Origin: a virus
Length of the DNA stretch: 64,000 bases
Virus record (IMG/VR): IMGVR_UViG_3300035670_000058
Coordinates: 32,001-96,000 of that record
Reading direction: 5' to 3' (one strand)
Position numbers and translations under genes: made by a program. Shown here piece by piece: positions 20,890-31,515 of this stretch (the stretch's first letter is position 1; each line of letters opens with the position of its first letter). The notes beneath the pieces are model-generated. The model was not told the origin of the DNA. It did no database searches and saw only the letters and a list, made by a program, of their open reading frames with translations.

Positions 20890-21523
20890 TCTATTCTGTG
20901 GCGCAGGGGGCGCAGCAAGAGGTTATGAGCAAGCAGGATTTGAGATAGTAGGTATAGACCTATACCCACAAAAGCATTATCCGTATGAGTTTTATCAAAT
21001 GGATGCGCTAGATGCACCCAGTCTTTTTTCTGATTGGAACATTAAAGTTATACATGCTAGCCCCCCGTGCCAAAGATACAGTGATCTTGCCAAGCGAAAT
21101 AAAAACGCTGACCAATGGCCTGATCTAATCCCTCAGGTGAGGAAAGAGTTACAGGCTTCGGGATTACCATACGTCATTGAAAATGTGGAGGGCGCTCCGC
21201 TAATTGATCCTTTGCTGCTATGTGGAGTTAGTTTTAAAAAGCTACGAGTCATTAGGCATAGATTATTTGAGTCTAATATAAAATTACATGGACCAGAACA
21301 TCAAAAGCACCCACTGGTCTTTACTAAAGATAAGCGCAAGAATCACTATGGAAAATTAAATGAGTGGGATTCATATGTAATGGTAAATGGTGGTGGCAAC
21401 TGTTCCGTAGCAAATGCACGGGATGCGATGGGTATTAACTGGATGACAAAGAAGGAATTAAACGAAGCCATTCCTCCTCAGTATACCAAGTATATTGGTG
21501 AACAACTTATGAGAGCGCTATGA
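20867..21523 (+). CDS. DNA cytosine-C5 methyltransferase
   Basis: LDLFCGAGG, HASPPCQ, IENV, RHRLFE. Confidence 0.9.
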   Translation: MERPLLLDLFCGAGGAARGYEQAGFEIVGIDLYPQKHYPYEFYQMDALDAPSLFSDWNIKVIHASPPCQRYSDLAKRNKNADQWPDLIPQVRKELQASGLPYVIENVEGAPLIDPLLLCGVSFKKLRVIRHRLFESNIKLHGPEHQKHPLVFTKDKRKNHYGKLNEWDSYVMVNGGGNCSVANARDAMGINWMTKKELNEAIPPQYTKYIGEQLMRAL

Positions 21524-22101
21524 ACGTATTAGTTGCTTGTGAATTCTCAGGTGTAGTACGGGATGCCTTTATTGCTAAAGGGCATTCTGCTATATCATGT
21601 GATCTACTTGATACGGAGAGTCCCGGTCCTCATTACGTAGGTAATATCATGGACATTATTGATGATGGTTGGGACCTAATGATCGCCCATCCTCCCTGCA
21701 CCTATCTCACCAATAGCGGCGCACGATGGCTCTACGGGGGCAAGGGGACAGTCAAAGACCCTGATCGCTGGGCAAAGATGGAGGAATCAGCACACTTCTT
21801 TCTTGATCTATTGAATGCACCTGTCCCTCGTATTGCTGTAGAAAATCCAGTCATGCATGGACATGCTACGAAGATCATTGGTAGAAAGGCTGATCAAATT
21901 ATCCAGCCTTGGCAGTTTGGACATGGTGAGATCAAAGGTACGGGTCTATGGTTGAAGAATCTACCCCCGCTTGTGCCTACAAATATTGTAGACGGTCGTT
22001 CCCCGCGTGTGCATTATGCATCTCCCGGTCCTAACAGATGGAAGGAACGCTCTCGTACATATACAGGTATTGCGGAGGCTATGGCAGAACAATGGGGTTA
22101 G
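21520..22101 (+). CDS. Phage DNA cytosine methyltransferase (VLVACE-SG family)
   Basis: VLVACEFSG, IAHPPCT, VENPV, IQPWQFGH, RSRTY.GIA.AMA.QWG. Confidence 0.85.
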   Translation: MNVLVACEFSGVVRDAFIAKGHSAISCDLLDTESPGPHYVGNIMDIIDDGWDLMIAHPPCTYLTNSGARWLYGGKGTVKDPDRWAKMEESAHFFLDLLNAPVPRIAVENPVMHGHATKIIGRKADQIIQPWQFGHGEIKGTGLWLKNLPPLVPTNIVDGRSPRVHYASPGPNRWKERSRTYTGIAEAMAEQWG

Positions 22102-22784
22102 TGCTACTTGATTTATTCTGTGGTGTTGGTGGTGCTGCAATGGGCTATCACCAAATGGGATTTGATATCATTGGAGTCGATATCAAACCTCAACCCAATT
22201 ATCCATTCAAATTCATACAGGCTGATGCATTAGAATTCCTACGGGAAATGAATTTCTATCCTGATGCTGTTCATGCATCGCCGCCCTGTCAAGGATACTC
22301 ATCCGCAATTAGAAGTGATGGTCGCTGGTCTAAGGGGGTACATAAAGGAAAAGATACGCCCAAGTTAATTCAGCCTGTTAGAGATATTCTAAGGGAGATG
22401 GAGTTAACATATGTCATTGAGAATGTCGAAGGAGCGAAGGATGATCTAGTGAAACCCCTACTACTATGTGGGGCGATGTTTGGTCTAGGCACACGTAGAC
22501 ATAGGTTGTTTGAAAGCAATGCTCCAATTAGAAGTATTGCACACGACCAACCTTGCTGGAAATTAACGCATCCAGTAGCAGAAGCATGGATTGCCGTTGA
22601 CCCAGAGAAGAGAGATCGTCGCATCTATAGGGTAGTAGGCAAGGGTAGGCAAACAGGGACGGTTGACGTATGGCGTGCGCTGATGGAGATTCCTTGGGCG
22701 CAAAGAGATTTAGAATTAGCAGAAGCAATTCCTCCTGCTTACACAAGATATATTGGTAGTGAATTATTAAGGATTGGTGTATAG
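22092..22784 (+). CDS. DNA cytosine-C5 methyltransferase
   Basis: LDLFCGVGG, HASPPCQ, IENV, RHRLFE, EAIPPAYT. Confidence 0.9.
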   Translation: MGLVLLDLFCGVGGAAMGYHQMGFDIIGVDIKPQPNYPFKFIQADALEFLREMNFYPDAVHASPPCQGYSSAIRSDGRWSKGVHKGKDTPKLIQPVRDILREMELTYVIENVEGAKDDLVKPLLLCGAMFGLGTRRHRLFESNAPIRSIAHDQPCWKLTHPVAEAWIAVDPEKRDRRIYRVVGKGRQTGTVDVWRALMEIPWAQRDLELAEAIPPAYTRYIGSELLRIGV

Positions 22785-22788
22785 TTAG

Positions 22789-23211
22789 ATGAATAAAGAG
22801 ACAGACCTAGCGTGGGCTGCTGGGTTTATAGATGGCGAGGGTTGTGTTAGTTTGATTAAACGACGCAATGGAGATGGCTATCTATATTATCAGGCTAATT
22901 TAAATGTCCCCCAGATAGATAAAGCCCCGCTCGATAAACTGAAGGAAATGTTTGGAGGAAATATACGGGCCAATAAAATTATTGGTAATCGTAGACCCTC
23001 ATTTACATGGACAATTCACGCGGCTTCTTGTAGAAAAGCACTACAAGAAATGCTGCCCTATTTAATAGTTAAAAAGAAGGAAGCGCTACTTTTGCTAAGT
23101 ATAGATTTTGATTATACAAGATTAACAGATGAGAAACTAATGCAGCGAGAAAATGTTTGGGCGGCTCTTAGAGATCATCACAAGAATTTTATATTTAAGG
23201 TTGGTGGTTAA
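22789..23211 (+). CDS. Free-standing single-motif LAGLIDADG homing endonuclease
   Basis: LAWAAGFIDGEGCV, L..MFGG.I, LPYLIVKK. Confidence 0.88.
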   Translation: MNKETDLAWAAGFIDGEGCVSLIKRRNGDGYLYYQANLNVPQIDKAPLDKLKEMFGGNIRANKIIGNRRPSFTWTIHAASCRKALQEMLPYLIVKKKEALLLLSIDFDYTRLTDEKLMQRENVWAALRDHHKNFIFKVGG

Positions 23212-23910
23212 GACGGCCAGATGTGTGGTCTGCGAAAGGCCGACTAGCGGAAGTTTAGAGTTTTGCAAGCATCATTTTGGTGAGTTTAAAGACGACATTC
23301 GGGACAAGAAACCTTGGGTTAGAAGTCTAAAGAATGAGGCTCAGCGCGAGCGTCGAAGAGCAAACCGGGAATTTGATAACACATCATTAGACGCTATCAT
23401 GGACAATGAGTATAGTCGCAGATATTAGGGGTGTTATGATTGAGAAGAGTTAAGCCTTTGTCTTGTTACTTATGGAAACTTCGGATCATAAAAGCAAACG
23501 TCGAGGGCAAACGAAAACACATTGTATAAGGGGGCACGATAGAAGTTTATCTAGGATTGGTGAAGACTGTCGTGTCTGTGATCGTGAAAGAAACAGACTC
23601 AGACCAAGAACCCCAGAAGCAAAATATCTTCGCTATAAACGTGATCTTGCAGCACAAATACAGAAGAAGCAAGAGCGCATTCATGAGTTAGAAAGGATTT
23701 TACATGCACAAGAAAACTGAAGTCGAAATGGAGCGGGAGCGCATCACTAAGATCACTCGTACTCTAGTTAGACTTAAGCATTCTCTAAAGGCAGATGCAG
23801 AACTTAACCAGTTGCTTCCAGCAACACTTGATGAGTTTGACGAGTCTCTACAGAAGGGTGAACTGAGAACCCTAGAGTCTAGCCTTATTTCAGAGTTACT
23901 GGGGGACTAA
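23153..23910 (+). CDS. Three small proteins (23153-23428 Zn-finger; 23463-23720 KTHC.RGH motif; 23704-23910)
   Basis: CxxC..C..H motif; KTHCIRGH..CRVC as in HNH-associated domains. Confidence 0.5.
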
Positions 23911-24468
23911 ATGCTTGTAACTAAAAAGAAGTTACGGATACTCGATGTAGATATTGAGTCAAGACCTCTTTCATTTAGGGGCTTCCGTCCAACCGCAGAG
24001 ATAACTGCAATGGCATGGTGCTTTGCAGATGACCTGTCATCTATGGAAGTCTACCTGTTAGGTAGAGATAACCCAGAGGATATGCTCTGGGCATTTAGAA
24101 GTGCCTATAAGGAAGCAGATATACTGACGGGACATAACGTTAAATCATTTGATCTACCCAACATTAATGGGGCCATGCTGGAGTATGATATCCCCCAACT
24201 AGGTTCCAAGTTGGTGCAAGATACGTACACCGATCTACGGAAGCGTGGGGATATTCCAGCATCACAAGAGTATCTTGTTGATCTCTTTGGCATTGGTGCA
24301 AAGGTTCACATGAGTCAACACTCATGGCGTGACGCCAATAGGCTCACTCCAAGAGGCTTGGAGAGGACACGGGAACGTGTAACCGGCGACGTATACGATC
24401 ACATGCGCCTCAGAGTTGAGATGATTAAGCGAGGGCTTTTGCGCCCGCCTAAGATTTGGAAGCCTTAA
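23911..24468 (+). CDS. RNase H-fold (DnaQ/YprB-like) 3'-5' exonuclease
   Basis: LDVDIE, LTGHNVKSFDLP, GDV motifs. Confidence 0.8.
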   Translation: MLVTKKKLRILDVDIESRPLSFRGFRPTAEITAMAWCFADDLSSMEVYLLGRDNPEDMLWAFRSAYKEADILTGHNVKSFDLPNINGAMLEYDIPQLGSKLVQDTYTDLRKRGDIPASQEYLVDLFGIGAKVHMSQHSWRDANRLTPRGLERTRERVTGDVYDHMRLRVEMIKRGLLRPPKIWKP

Positions 24469-24470
24469 GT

Positions 24471-25029
24471 ATGGATACAATCACACTAGTATTCTTTACC
24501 CTTCTGGGTGGGGGATTGCTCATTGCTTTTATTATAGAAGTGTTTGAGCTTAAAGGGCAGAAACAAGCGTTTGAAACTTGGTCTGCGCTTATTAATGATT
24601 ACATCGAAAGCTATGAAGAGTTAAAGAAAGCAATCAATACCAACGCTAATCTTCTAAGAGTTGCCGGCGAAACAATCAATGATCATGATCGTGTCTTACG
24701 AGTGATGTCAATTGTTGTTGATACACACTCAGAGATACTAAAACTTAACCCGCAGCTACGAGATCAACTTGAGCATCCCCCTGTCGATGGATTTATTGTG
24801 ACAGTAGGGGAAGACGTTGAGTAAACGCTTTAGAATTTTAGCTACCGTTCTTATCTACAAAGACTACGAAAAAAATGAAGTACAGTATTACAATAGTGAA
24901 GATGAGTACATTATGTCTGTTGTCAATGATTGGCAAGAAGATAGCTATCTTAAATTAGCCGATGCACTTTCTTGGGATTATGAATCAGTAAACGGCATTG
25001 AAGTTTCTGTGATTGTTGAGGACGACTAA
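24471..25029 (+). CDS. Membrane-anchored coiled-coil protein (24471-24824) and small acidic protein (24817-25029)
   Basis: N-terminal hydrophobic helix; overlapping ORFs. Confidence 0.5.
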
Positions 25030-25074
25030 TCAAAATTTTTTGGGGGAGAAATTCTCCAGATTTTGAGGTAGCCT

Positions 25075-25422
25075 ATGTATGTTAAGAAAGCAAGACTAGT
25101 ATGCAGAAAATGTACTAAGCCATTAGATAGAAATGGATTTCTTTGCTCTTCTTGCCATGTACATTCTAATTCTAAAACTAGGAATAAAAAATATAAAGGA
25201 AGCCCGTTAGTATATGCGTTCTTTGACGGGGGAGAAGCCGTTTATGTTGGAAGGGGATCACGCTATCGTGTCAATAAGCATCGGTTTACTTCATCTTGGT
25301 GGACTCCTAACTTACTAGTGATAACGATGGACTGCAAAGACGAATGGGAAGCGATGGAATACGAGGGTAAGTGGGGTGGATTGTACCACCCTAAAATGAA
25401 TAAAGACGGTTATAGATATTAG
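25075..25422 (+). CDS. GIY-YIG nuclease with N-terminal zinc finger
   Basis: LVYAFF.....YVGRG...R...H, A.EYE......HPKMN. Confidence 0.7.
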   Translation: MYVKKARLVCRKCTKPLDRNGFLCSSCHVHSNSKTRNKKYKGSPLVYAFFDGGEAVYVGRGSRYRVNKHRFTSSWWTPNLLVITMDCKDEWEAMEYEGKWGGLYHPKMNKDGYRY

Positions 25423-25425
25423 GCA

Positions 25426-25465
25426 TAAAAAAAGGGAGGCTGCGAAGCCTCCCTTTTATTTTTAT
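25426..25465. terminator. Bidirectional intrinsic terminator between convergent blocks
   Basis: AAAAAAAGGGAGGCT-GCGA-AGCCTCCCTTTT. Confidence 0.9.
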
Positions 25466-26559
25466 TTATGTCCACTCAATCTCTTTAGTTGGAACCCACG
25501 GGGGACGGTTCTCCTCGTTCTCAATAGAACGGGGGTTGCCTTTACTCAGTCCTTCAGTGTAACTCCAATCACATTCCATACAATACCAGTGAATGGCGCT
25601 GCTGCATCCTATGCAACTCATCCACACGCCATTATGACCGGGCCATGTATGGCAGTCAAAGAACCCGTTAACTTCTGAATTACACCTGGGGCAAAGATAA
25701 TCAATATCTTCGAAGTCACTCATATTATCTCAACAGATATGAAGTTGTATTACCAAGGATACCAATCATTGTAATGCCAATAGCAAGGGAAATGGCATAC
25801 TTCCTTCTGTGTTCTGTTACGCTTTTAACAAGCAGGATAATAATTGTGAACGCTATGAGTTTGAATGTTCCTACAAGGATAGGTCCCGTCTGTTCATAAA
25901 ACAATCGCATGATTGGATTCAATTCATTGCTGATACCCACAGTAGGTACGGCAGCAATAAACGTAGCAAAATCTGCCAGCATTACCAGTGCCAAGACAGC
26001 AATCATCATGGGACAGGCTCAATCTCATCAAGTTGAGCAAAGTAGCCCAGCATTCCTTGATTATCCAGAAGTGAAACACCTGGCCCATGAATAAGATAAT
26101 CGTTTGTATCAATTTCATAGACGGTCAGTACCTGACCGTTATATCCTTCGGTACGTGTGAGATAATCATAATCAGCAGGGTCACGCCAGTCGTAGTTTCC
26201 AACTGTGACCTTTACCTTCATACCAATCTTGACATCCTCTAGTTTCATCATCCTGCCTTCTTTAGTTTACGTGTCTCTTGGTAGATATGGCCCTTTACTT
26301 TGCGTATCTCTTTAGTTAGAGCCACGCAGCGTGCCCGATACTCAGGGTCACGGGCACGCTTCTCACGTTCAAACTTTGCCTTGCGCTCACGCTCACAGGC
26401 ATTGCAGCGGACGAAGCCACGCTTGAAGTCCCAGAATTCCTCTGTGAGAGGCCAGAAATATCTACTGTTCTTAGCCTTGCAAGGCTCGCAACGATACTCA
26501 AACTCTTGAGTATCTTTATTCCATCGGATCGGCTGTGTCGTACTAACTTTACGGCTCAC
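25466..26559 (-). CDS. Four small proteins: Zn-ribbon (25466-25723), membrane protein with ELNPIM motif (25725-26009), SH3/KOW-like (26006-26251), basic Zn-finger (26248-26559)
   Basis: CxxC pairs; three hydrophobic segments; KIGMKVKV; overlapping junctions. Confidence 0.6.
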
Positions 26560-26635
26560 TCTCGATCCCTAAAGACAATAAGATAGGCAATCAACATTGC
26601 GAATCCTAGAAGTAAAATCTCCATCACTCCCTACC

Positions 26636-26890
26636 CTAGTGACTCCGCTTAGGGACAATCACCAGATCGAATCCTAAGGCATCTACAAGGGCCGCAAGCC
26701 ACACTACCCGTGTAGGATACAGCCCACGCTCATACTTTGATACAGTTGAAAGTGAAATCCCTGCTTTATCTGCAACCTGTTGCTGAGACAGTTGATTGCG
26801 TAAACGCTCAGACCTAGCAAGTGTCATAATACCATCAAGTAAGGATTTACCTCTAGCCTGATGATTCTGGGTAAGGTCAAGTCTACGCAT
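26636..26890 (-). CDS. XRE/Cro-family HTH regulator
   Basis: R.RNQLSQQQVADKAGISLSTVSKYERG; SD GGAGG. Confidence 0.88.
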   Translation of the reverse strand: MRRLDLTQNHQARGKSLLDGIMTLARSERLRNQLSQQQVADKAGISLSTVSKYERGLYPTRVVWLAALVDALGFDLVIVPKRSH

Positions 26891-26947
26891 TTTTACCTCC
26901 AAATAAAAGAATAAATGCCCCACCAAAAGATGGGGCATTTATCTAGT

Positions 26948-27618
26948 CTACCAATCCGTTTCGTCAGACTCACCCTCAGGAAGTTGAGGATCAAACGAAC
27001 GATTGATCTTTGCAGTCTCTTCGCGGCGATAACCTTTGTTATCGGACTTCCAGAGTGTAGCGACCTCTTGTGTGATAACCTCTTCCTCATAGTCGAGGGA
27101 TTCCTCGCGGAAAGAAGCAACACCAGAGAAGCAGCCAAGAATAGATGCTTTAGTAGAAGAGTCAGCATAGACACGAAGCGTGCCTACCATTGATCTCTCA
27201 GAATATGCGGTAGATTTATCATTAGGGGGTGACCAAGGACCGAAGGTAATCTTGGCCTCATCGGAAACAGTTATCCGAAACTTCTTTCCGTTGGACTTAG
27301 TTACCAGAATATTCCTAGACACTAGTTGGTTTTACCTCTCTGCTTGCGCTTCTCGATGATGAATACTTTGTAGAATTCTACCAGACCCATCATCATCTCT
27401 TCAAAGCATGGATCAAGGTGGAACCGCATAGGATGCCCGTCAGCGGCTTCATTCTTTATGGCCCACTCACTTCTACGGGGCCAAATAATCACATGCTCAG
27501 GGTCTTCTGTGATGTTGATCTCTTGCCCACATCTAGCGCAACTCTTAGGACTAATGCTGCCCCAATGAGTTTCGCTAGATGCGAGTTGAATCTGAAACTT
27601 CTCAGGTTCCCGAGTCAT
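26948..27618 (-). CDS. Two hypothetical proteins (26948-27322, 27322-27618)
   Basis: Coupled ORFs. Confidence 0.55.
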
Positions 27619-28198
27619 CGAATGTAGTTGCTCCTATACGTTCTTTATAGTATCGAGCATTACGCTTCTCTGCCTCTAGGTCATTGACGAGATTGCGATT
27701 CGTTTCAAGGACTTCTTGTACTTTAGACAGGAGATATATTGCCTCCTCTCCCAGCATATTCGGCTCAAAATTGATCACATCATTGGGATCAATGTTGGCC
27801 TTGAGAATTTCAGCGCGGGCTTTCTCAATGGCTAGTTTTTGATTCATATATTCAAGCACATTGGGGATCGCTACAGACACGGCAGATAAATCCTTTTCAA
27901 CTTGACGCTCTGTCGCCCGCTCTTCGATTCTTTGTTCAACCTCTGAGGGTGGCTCCATGCGCGTAAGGCGCACTCCTGCAACACGGGCACGTCCTGTTGC
28001 AGCATCCTCATCCCGCAGAATCTCCAACTCGCCCATTCGCTGCAAGCGATAGAGAGTTTGATATACCTGCGAGTAATTCAGTCCGGTTTTATTGATCAGA
28101 TCGTCAATGGTGAGATTGATTTCACGCTGCTTATATGCGAGCAGCGTTGATCTTAGTTGATCTTGTAAATCGCCGCGACTGCCTACTTGTGCCGACAT
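27602..28198 (-). CDS. Winged-HTH protein with coiled-coil C-terminus
   Basis: LTIDDLINKTGLNYSQVYQTLYRLQRMGEL. Confidence 0.6.
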   Translation of the reverse strand: MSAQVGSRGDLQDQLRSTLLAYKQREINLTIDDLINKTGLNYSQVYQTLYRLQRMGELEILRDEDAATGRARVAGVRLTRMEPPSEVEQRIEERATERQVEKDLSAVSVAIPNVLEYMNQKLAIEKARAEILKANIDPNDVINFEPNMLGEEAIYLLSKVQEVLETNRNLVNDLEAEKRNARYYKERIGATTFDDSGT

Positions 28199-28199
28199 T

Positions 28200-29036
28200 T
28201 TACAAATCCTTCAATAGAATCCGCCCTCTAGGCATGCGCCCTACCAGCCCTAGTTGCAGCAGATAAGGCTCAACTTCTCGCTCGATTGTCTTGGTATCAA
28301 GCCCCAGCATTGCTGAGAGATGAGATAGACCGACTGAACGGTCGGTATCGAGCGCAGCAAGGTACTTGTAATCGCGCTCAGTAAGACCATTTTTGTCGAT
28401 CCCTAGGATACTGAAAGCATCTTCTAGGTTTTTCTGGGTGGGGACAAAGTTGTTGTTGACAATCATCCAATCAAAGATGAATGACAGGTTGTGAATGGCT
28501 GCTCTAGGATTAAGGCGGGAACGCCTAGCAATCTCAGCAATTGTCTTGTCAGCCATAGTAAGATTTTTCCTGGCAACAGCGTTAGCCAGAATTTTCTCAA
28601 TTTCGTTCAAATTATACGGTTCTAGGTGAATTTCCCTGAATCTGGATTTAAACGCAGCAGGGACTTGACCGGGGCTAGTTGTGCAAGCAATCAATTGCAC
28701 AGACCCGCGATCAATTAGGAGGTTCAGTGAATCTGCGACAACAGAATCTAGGTTATGAACCTCATCAATGATTAGGGGATGCTTGATAAAGGGAGTGCCC
28801 TTGAACGCAGCAGCGTCCATTACCCTCGGCGTAATCCCCGCTGATTGGAAAATAATCTTTGCGAGTGAGGTCTTTCCTGTTCCGTAGGGACCATCGATAA
28901 GAATGTTGGGCAGGGAGCGTGCCTCGATTTGCGAGGCACTAATCATCAAGCGAGCAATTGCCTTTGGTCGTTCCTGCCCGACATAATCGTCAAAATTTTG
29001 GGGGGTGAAAATCCCCACCTTTTCAGAAGGGTACAT
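28200..29036 (-). CDS. ruvB: Holliday junction branch-migration ATPase RuvB homolog
   Basis: P..FDDYVGQ, GPYGTGKTSLA, IDEVH, TT..G.V...F.SRF, IARRSR..PR, IE..VEPYLLQ.G...R.PRGR. Confidence 0.9.
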   Translation of the reverse strand: MYPSEKVGIFTPQNFDDYVGQERPKAIARLMISASQIEARSLPNILIDGPYGTGKTSLAKIIFQSAGITPRVMDAAAFKGTPFIKHPLIIDEVHNLDSVVADSLNLLIDRGSVQLIACTTSPGQVPAAFKSRFREIHLEPYNLNEIEKILANAVARKNLTMADKTIAEIARRSRLNPRAAIHNLSFIFDWMIVNNNFVPTQKNLEDAFSILGIDKNGLTERDYKYLAALDTDRSVGLSHLSAMLGLDTKTIEREVEPYLLQLGLVGRMPRGRILLKDL

Positions 29037-29619
29037 TAATCTACTTTCACTATTGGAACGATAGTATCTCCCCTATCGGGAATAATACACATCTCCCTAT
29101 ATGAGAGATATTCGGGATTTGTCAGATATACGATATATCCGTTATCCTTTTTACATCGACGTAAAAAGAATCCTAGTTTATACCCGATAAAGTGGTCCTT
29201 TGACGAAACCTTTACCGGAGTCCCTTCTTTTAGGTTTATGGGCGGGTTTTGCAACGCTAAGAACCTTCCGCTCCAGTTTGCGGGTTTTATCGAATTCCTC
29301 TGAGAATGCGCATGCAGCGCAATTCGGAGGTGTGCCCTTATGATTAGTTTGATGGCGCATTAGCACCCTCATCCCAAATCTTGTGGGTAATTTTACCCCA
29401 AACGCTCAACGGAAAGTCAATAGTTGCCTCTGTTGGCTTAGTCTCACCGATTGTCTTAATGAGCATTGCTGCCCTGATACTGTCGTCGTTGTGGATCATA
29501 CTAAAATAAACGACATTAAGCCCATGCGGGTCAATTTTTGGAGCAAAATCGGGATTATACTTCTTCATAAAAGAAGCCAAATCGTTGCCATTGATAATAG
29601 TGTACGCCTTACCGGCCAT
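29036..29619 (-). CDS. Small hypothetical proteins (29036-29254, 29344-29619)
   Basis: SD AGGAG; TTGACA-17-TACACT promoter just upstream (~29643-29671, minus). Confidence 0.55.
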
Positions 29620-29688
29620 AGACTGTCTCCTAGTTTTTACCGAGTGTAGCACGTTTTGACGTGCTTGTCAAGGTGATAAAAATACGGG

Positions 29689-30489
29689 CTAGTTGCGCTT
29701 ACCGTCGCCCAAGGAAAGGGGGCCACTAACAGTAGAGCCGCTACGGATGCCACGGGTGAATTGAATATCGTGACCAGCAATGCGGCCTGATTCGTAGGCT
29801 GCTCTATAACTGGCCTGAGCGCTTTTAACAGAAATAAGCTTGGGGAATTGCTGATTCATAAACTCCTTCAATTTTGCACTGTCAAGTGTAATCAATGCAG
29901 TGATCGATGGATTGTCTGCCTCCATTGCTGTTAGGTTCTCTTCAAGCCTGTCGCGGATGGTACGTACAGCACCGACATAAAAGGAAGCCTTCCATGTCTT
30001 TCCATGTACGTGCAAAAGCGAGCGATCAGAGAACAGGTCAACGTCAGGGAATTGCTCCTGCATTTTGCGGAGTGCTTGAATCTGCTGCCACTTCTCTTCG
30101 GCAATGCGCTCCAGATCATGCATGATAACCTCATACATAAACTGAGCGACTTCTACGTTGGCTTTCTTGCCAAGGAAGTACATTCCCTTGCCTGAGTAAA
30201 CCCCCTTGCAGAGATTTCCCTTAGCAACGGCAAATGCCAAGTCTCGCTTCCACTCAATAACGTTAAGGCCAAACAACTCCTTGAAGTCATTGACAAGACG
30301 TGTCTCTTCGCGGTCGAGTTTGACGTTCTCAACCTGAGACATCTCAATATTGTACTTGACGAGCAATTCCTGAGCCTTAGCCGCAGCGAGTGCAGCCTCA
30401 TTCTCATTTGAGGATTTGCTCAGCGCCATCAATTTCTTGATCTTGATGACGAGTGATTCAGCCTCTTTATCCGAAAGATTATCCAGCAT
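29689..30489 (-). CDS. DUF2786-domain protein
   Basis: KIKKLMALS.S.NENEAALAAAKAQELLVKYNI; SFYVGAV..I; AYESG..AG. Confidence 0.85.
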   Translation of the reverse strand: MLDNLSDKEAESLVIKIKKLMALSKSSNENEAALAAAKAQELLVKYNIEMSQVENVKLDREETRLVNDFKELFGLNVIEWKRDLAFAVAKGNLCKGVYSGKGMYFLGKKANVEVAQFMYEVIMHDLERIAEEKWQQIQALRKMQEQFPDVDLFSDRSLLHVHGKTWKASFYVGAVRTIRDRLEENLTAMEADNPSITALITLDSAKLKEFMNQQFPKLISVKSAQASYRAAYESGRIAGHDIQFTRGIRSGSTVSGPLSLGDGKRN

Positions 30490-30536
30490 TTATTCTCCTA
30501 GTCATAAAAATGAGGGGGCATAGAAGCCCCCTCGTA

Positions 30537-31406
30537 TTACCGATCCTTGAGATAGACTTCGTAAAGCCTAACTGCTTCAGCCTCCAGCGGAGTAAGAGGC
30601 TTATTAGCCCTATCAAGCAGAGAGATAGCCAGATCATCTTCCTCTGCATTCTCTGCGAGAGAAGCAGCAGTTTCAAGCCAAGTCCTGCGCTTGATAAGAC
30701 GCTCAATTGTTGGGAAATTAGTAGACTCGTTAGGAAGTTGAATAATGAGAGGCGTAGGCTCCTCATTATTCTCGATGATATCCGATGCTTCCATAACAAT
30801 TTCTTCCGGCTGAATGAGGGTCAGAGTTTTTGCCCCATTCTTAGAAAGACGAATATTATAGGGGATACGATCCTTTGTAGAACCCCTGTCAAAGTTGATC
30901 CTGCCTTCTTTGGCAAGAGACTCCATAACATGGGTCATATTGTGGAGATCGATGTTATCCCCATCCCTGCGCACAACCTTGACAAGATCAGAGGTTGTCT
31001 CAAAGTGCTGGTATTCAGTAACTGCGGCCAGAACCCTGGCCTTAAGTGAATCCTTTCGAAGAGTAGGAGGCTTAAGTGCATCCCTCTCTCGCTTATGCTG
31101 CTTATCCAGAGCAGCAAGGCCATCCTCCCTACCCATCAGAAGAGTCCAATGGTAAGAACGGCCATTAACCTTCCTGCCGGTTGCATCCATAGCGCCGAAT
31201 TCAAGACGTCGCGTAAGGATACCGCACTTCTCATAAGTACGGACGGCTGCATCAATAAAAGGAACGCCCATTTTAACTTCATGGGCAAACTTGCCGGAAG
31301 ACATGAAACGTGCTTCTGTGCCAACTGTAGGCATATACGCATACAGAGCCAGAAGAGCATCATACTCCCGAGCCTGACGGTTTGTGAAATTTGCCTTAGG
31401 CTTCAT
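30537..31406 (-). CDS. Hypothetical protein with probable winged-helix domain(s)
   Basis: TTSDLV......LHNMTHVMESLAKEGRI; hairpin terminator at ~30505-30535. Confidence 0.55.
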   Translation of the reverse strand: MKPKANFTNRQAREYDALLALYAYMPTVGTEARFMSSGKFAHEVKMGVPFIDAAVRTYEKCGILTRRLEFGAMDATGRKVNGRSYHWTLLMGREDGLAALDKQHKRERDALKPPTLRKDSLKARVLAAVTEYQHFETTSDLVKVVRRDGDNIDLHNMTHVMESLAKEGRINFDRGSTKDRIPYNIRLSKNGAKTLTLIQPEEIVMEASDIIENNEEPTPLIIQLPNESTNFPTIERLIKRRTWLETAASLAENAEEDDLAISLLDRANKPLTPLEAEAVRLYEVYLKDR

Positions 31407-31515
31407 TAATTATCCCTCTTATGGTAACCCTTCACACAAAAAGCACAAAGGTTTGTTTTAGGTGTGACCCACGCGGCAATCGGAAGATCACAAACACACT
31501 TTGTACACTGACATT

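Noticed and set aside
22789-23211. Intron- or intein-encoded LAGLIDADG
   Set aside because: Flanking genes look complete and gaps are only a few bases, leaving no room for intron core structure
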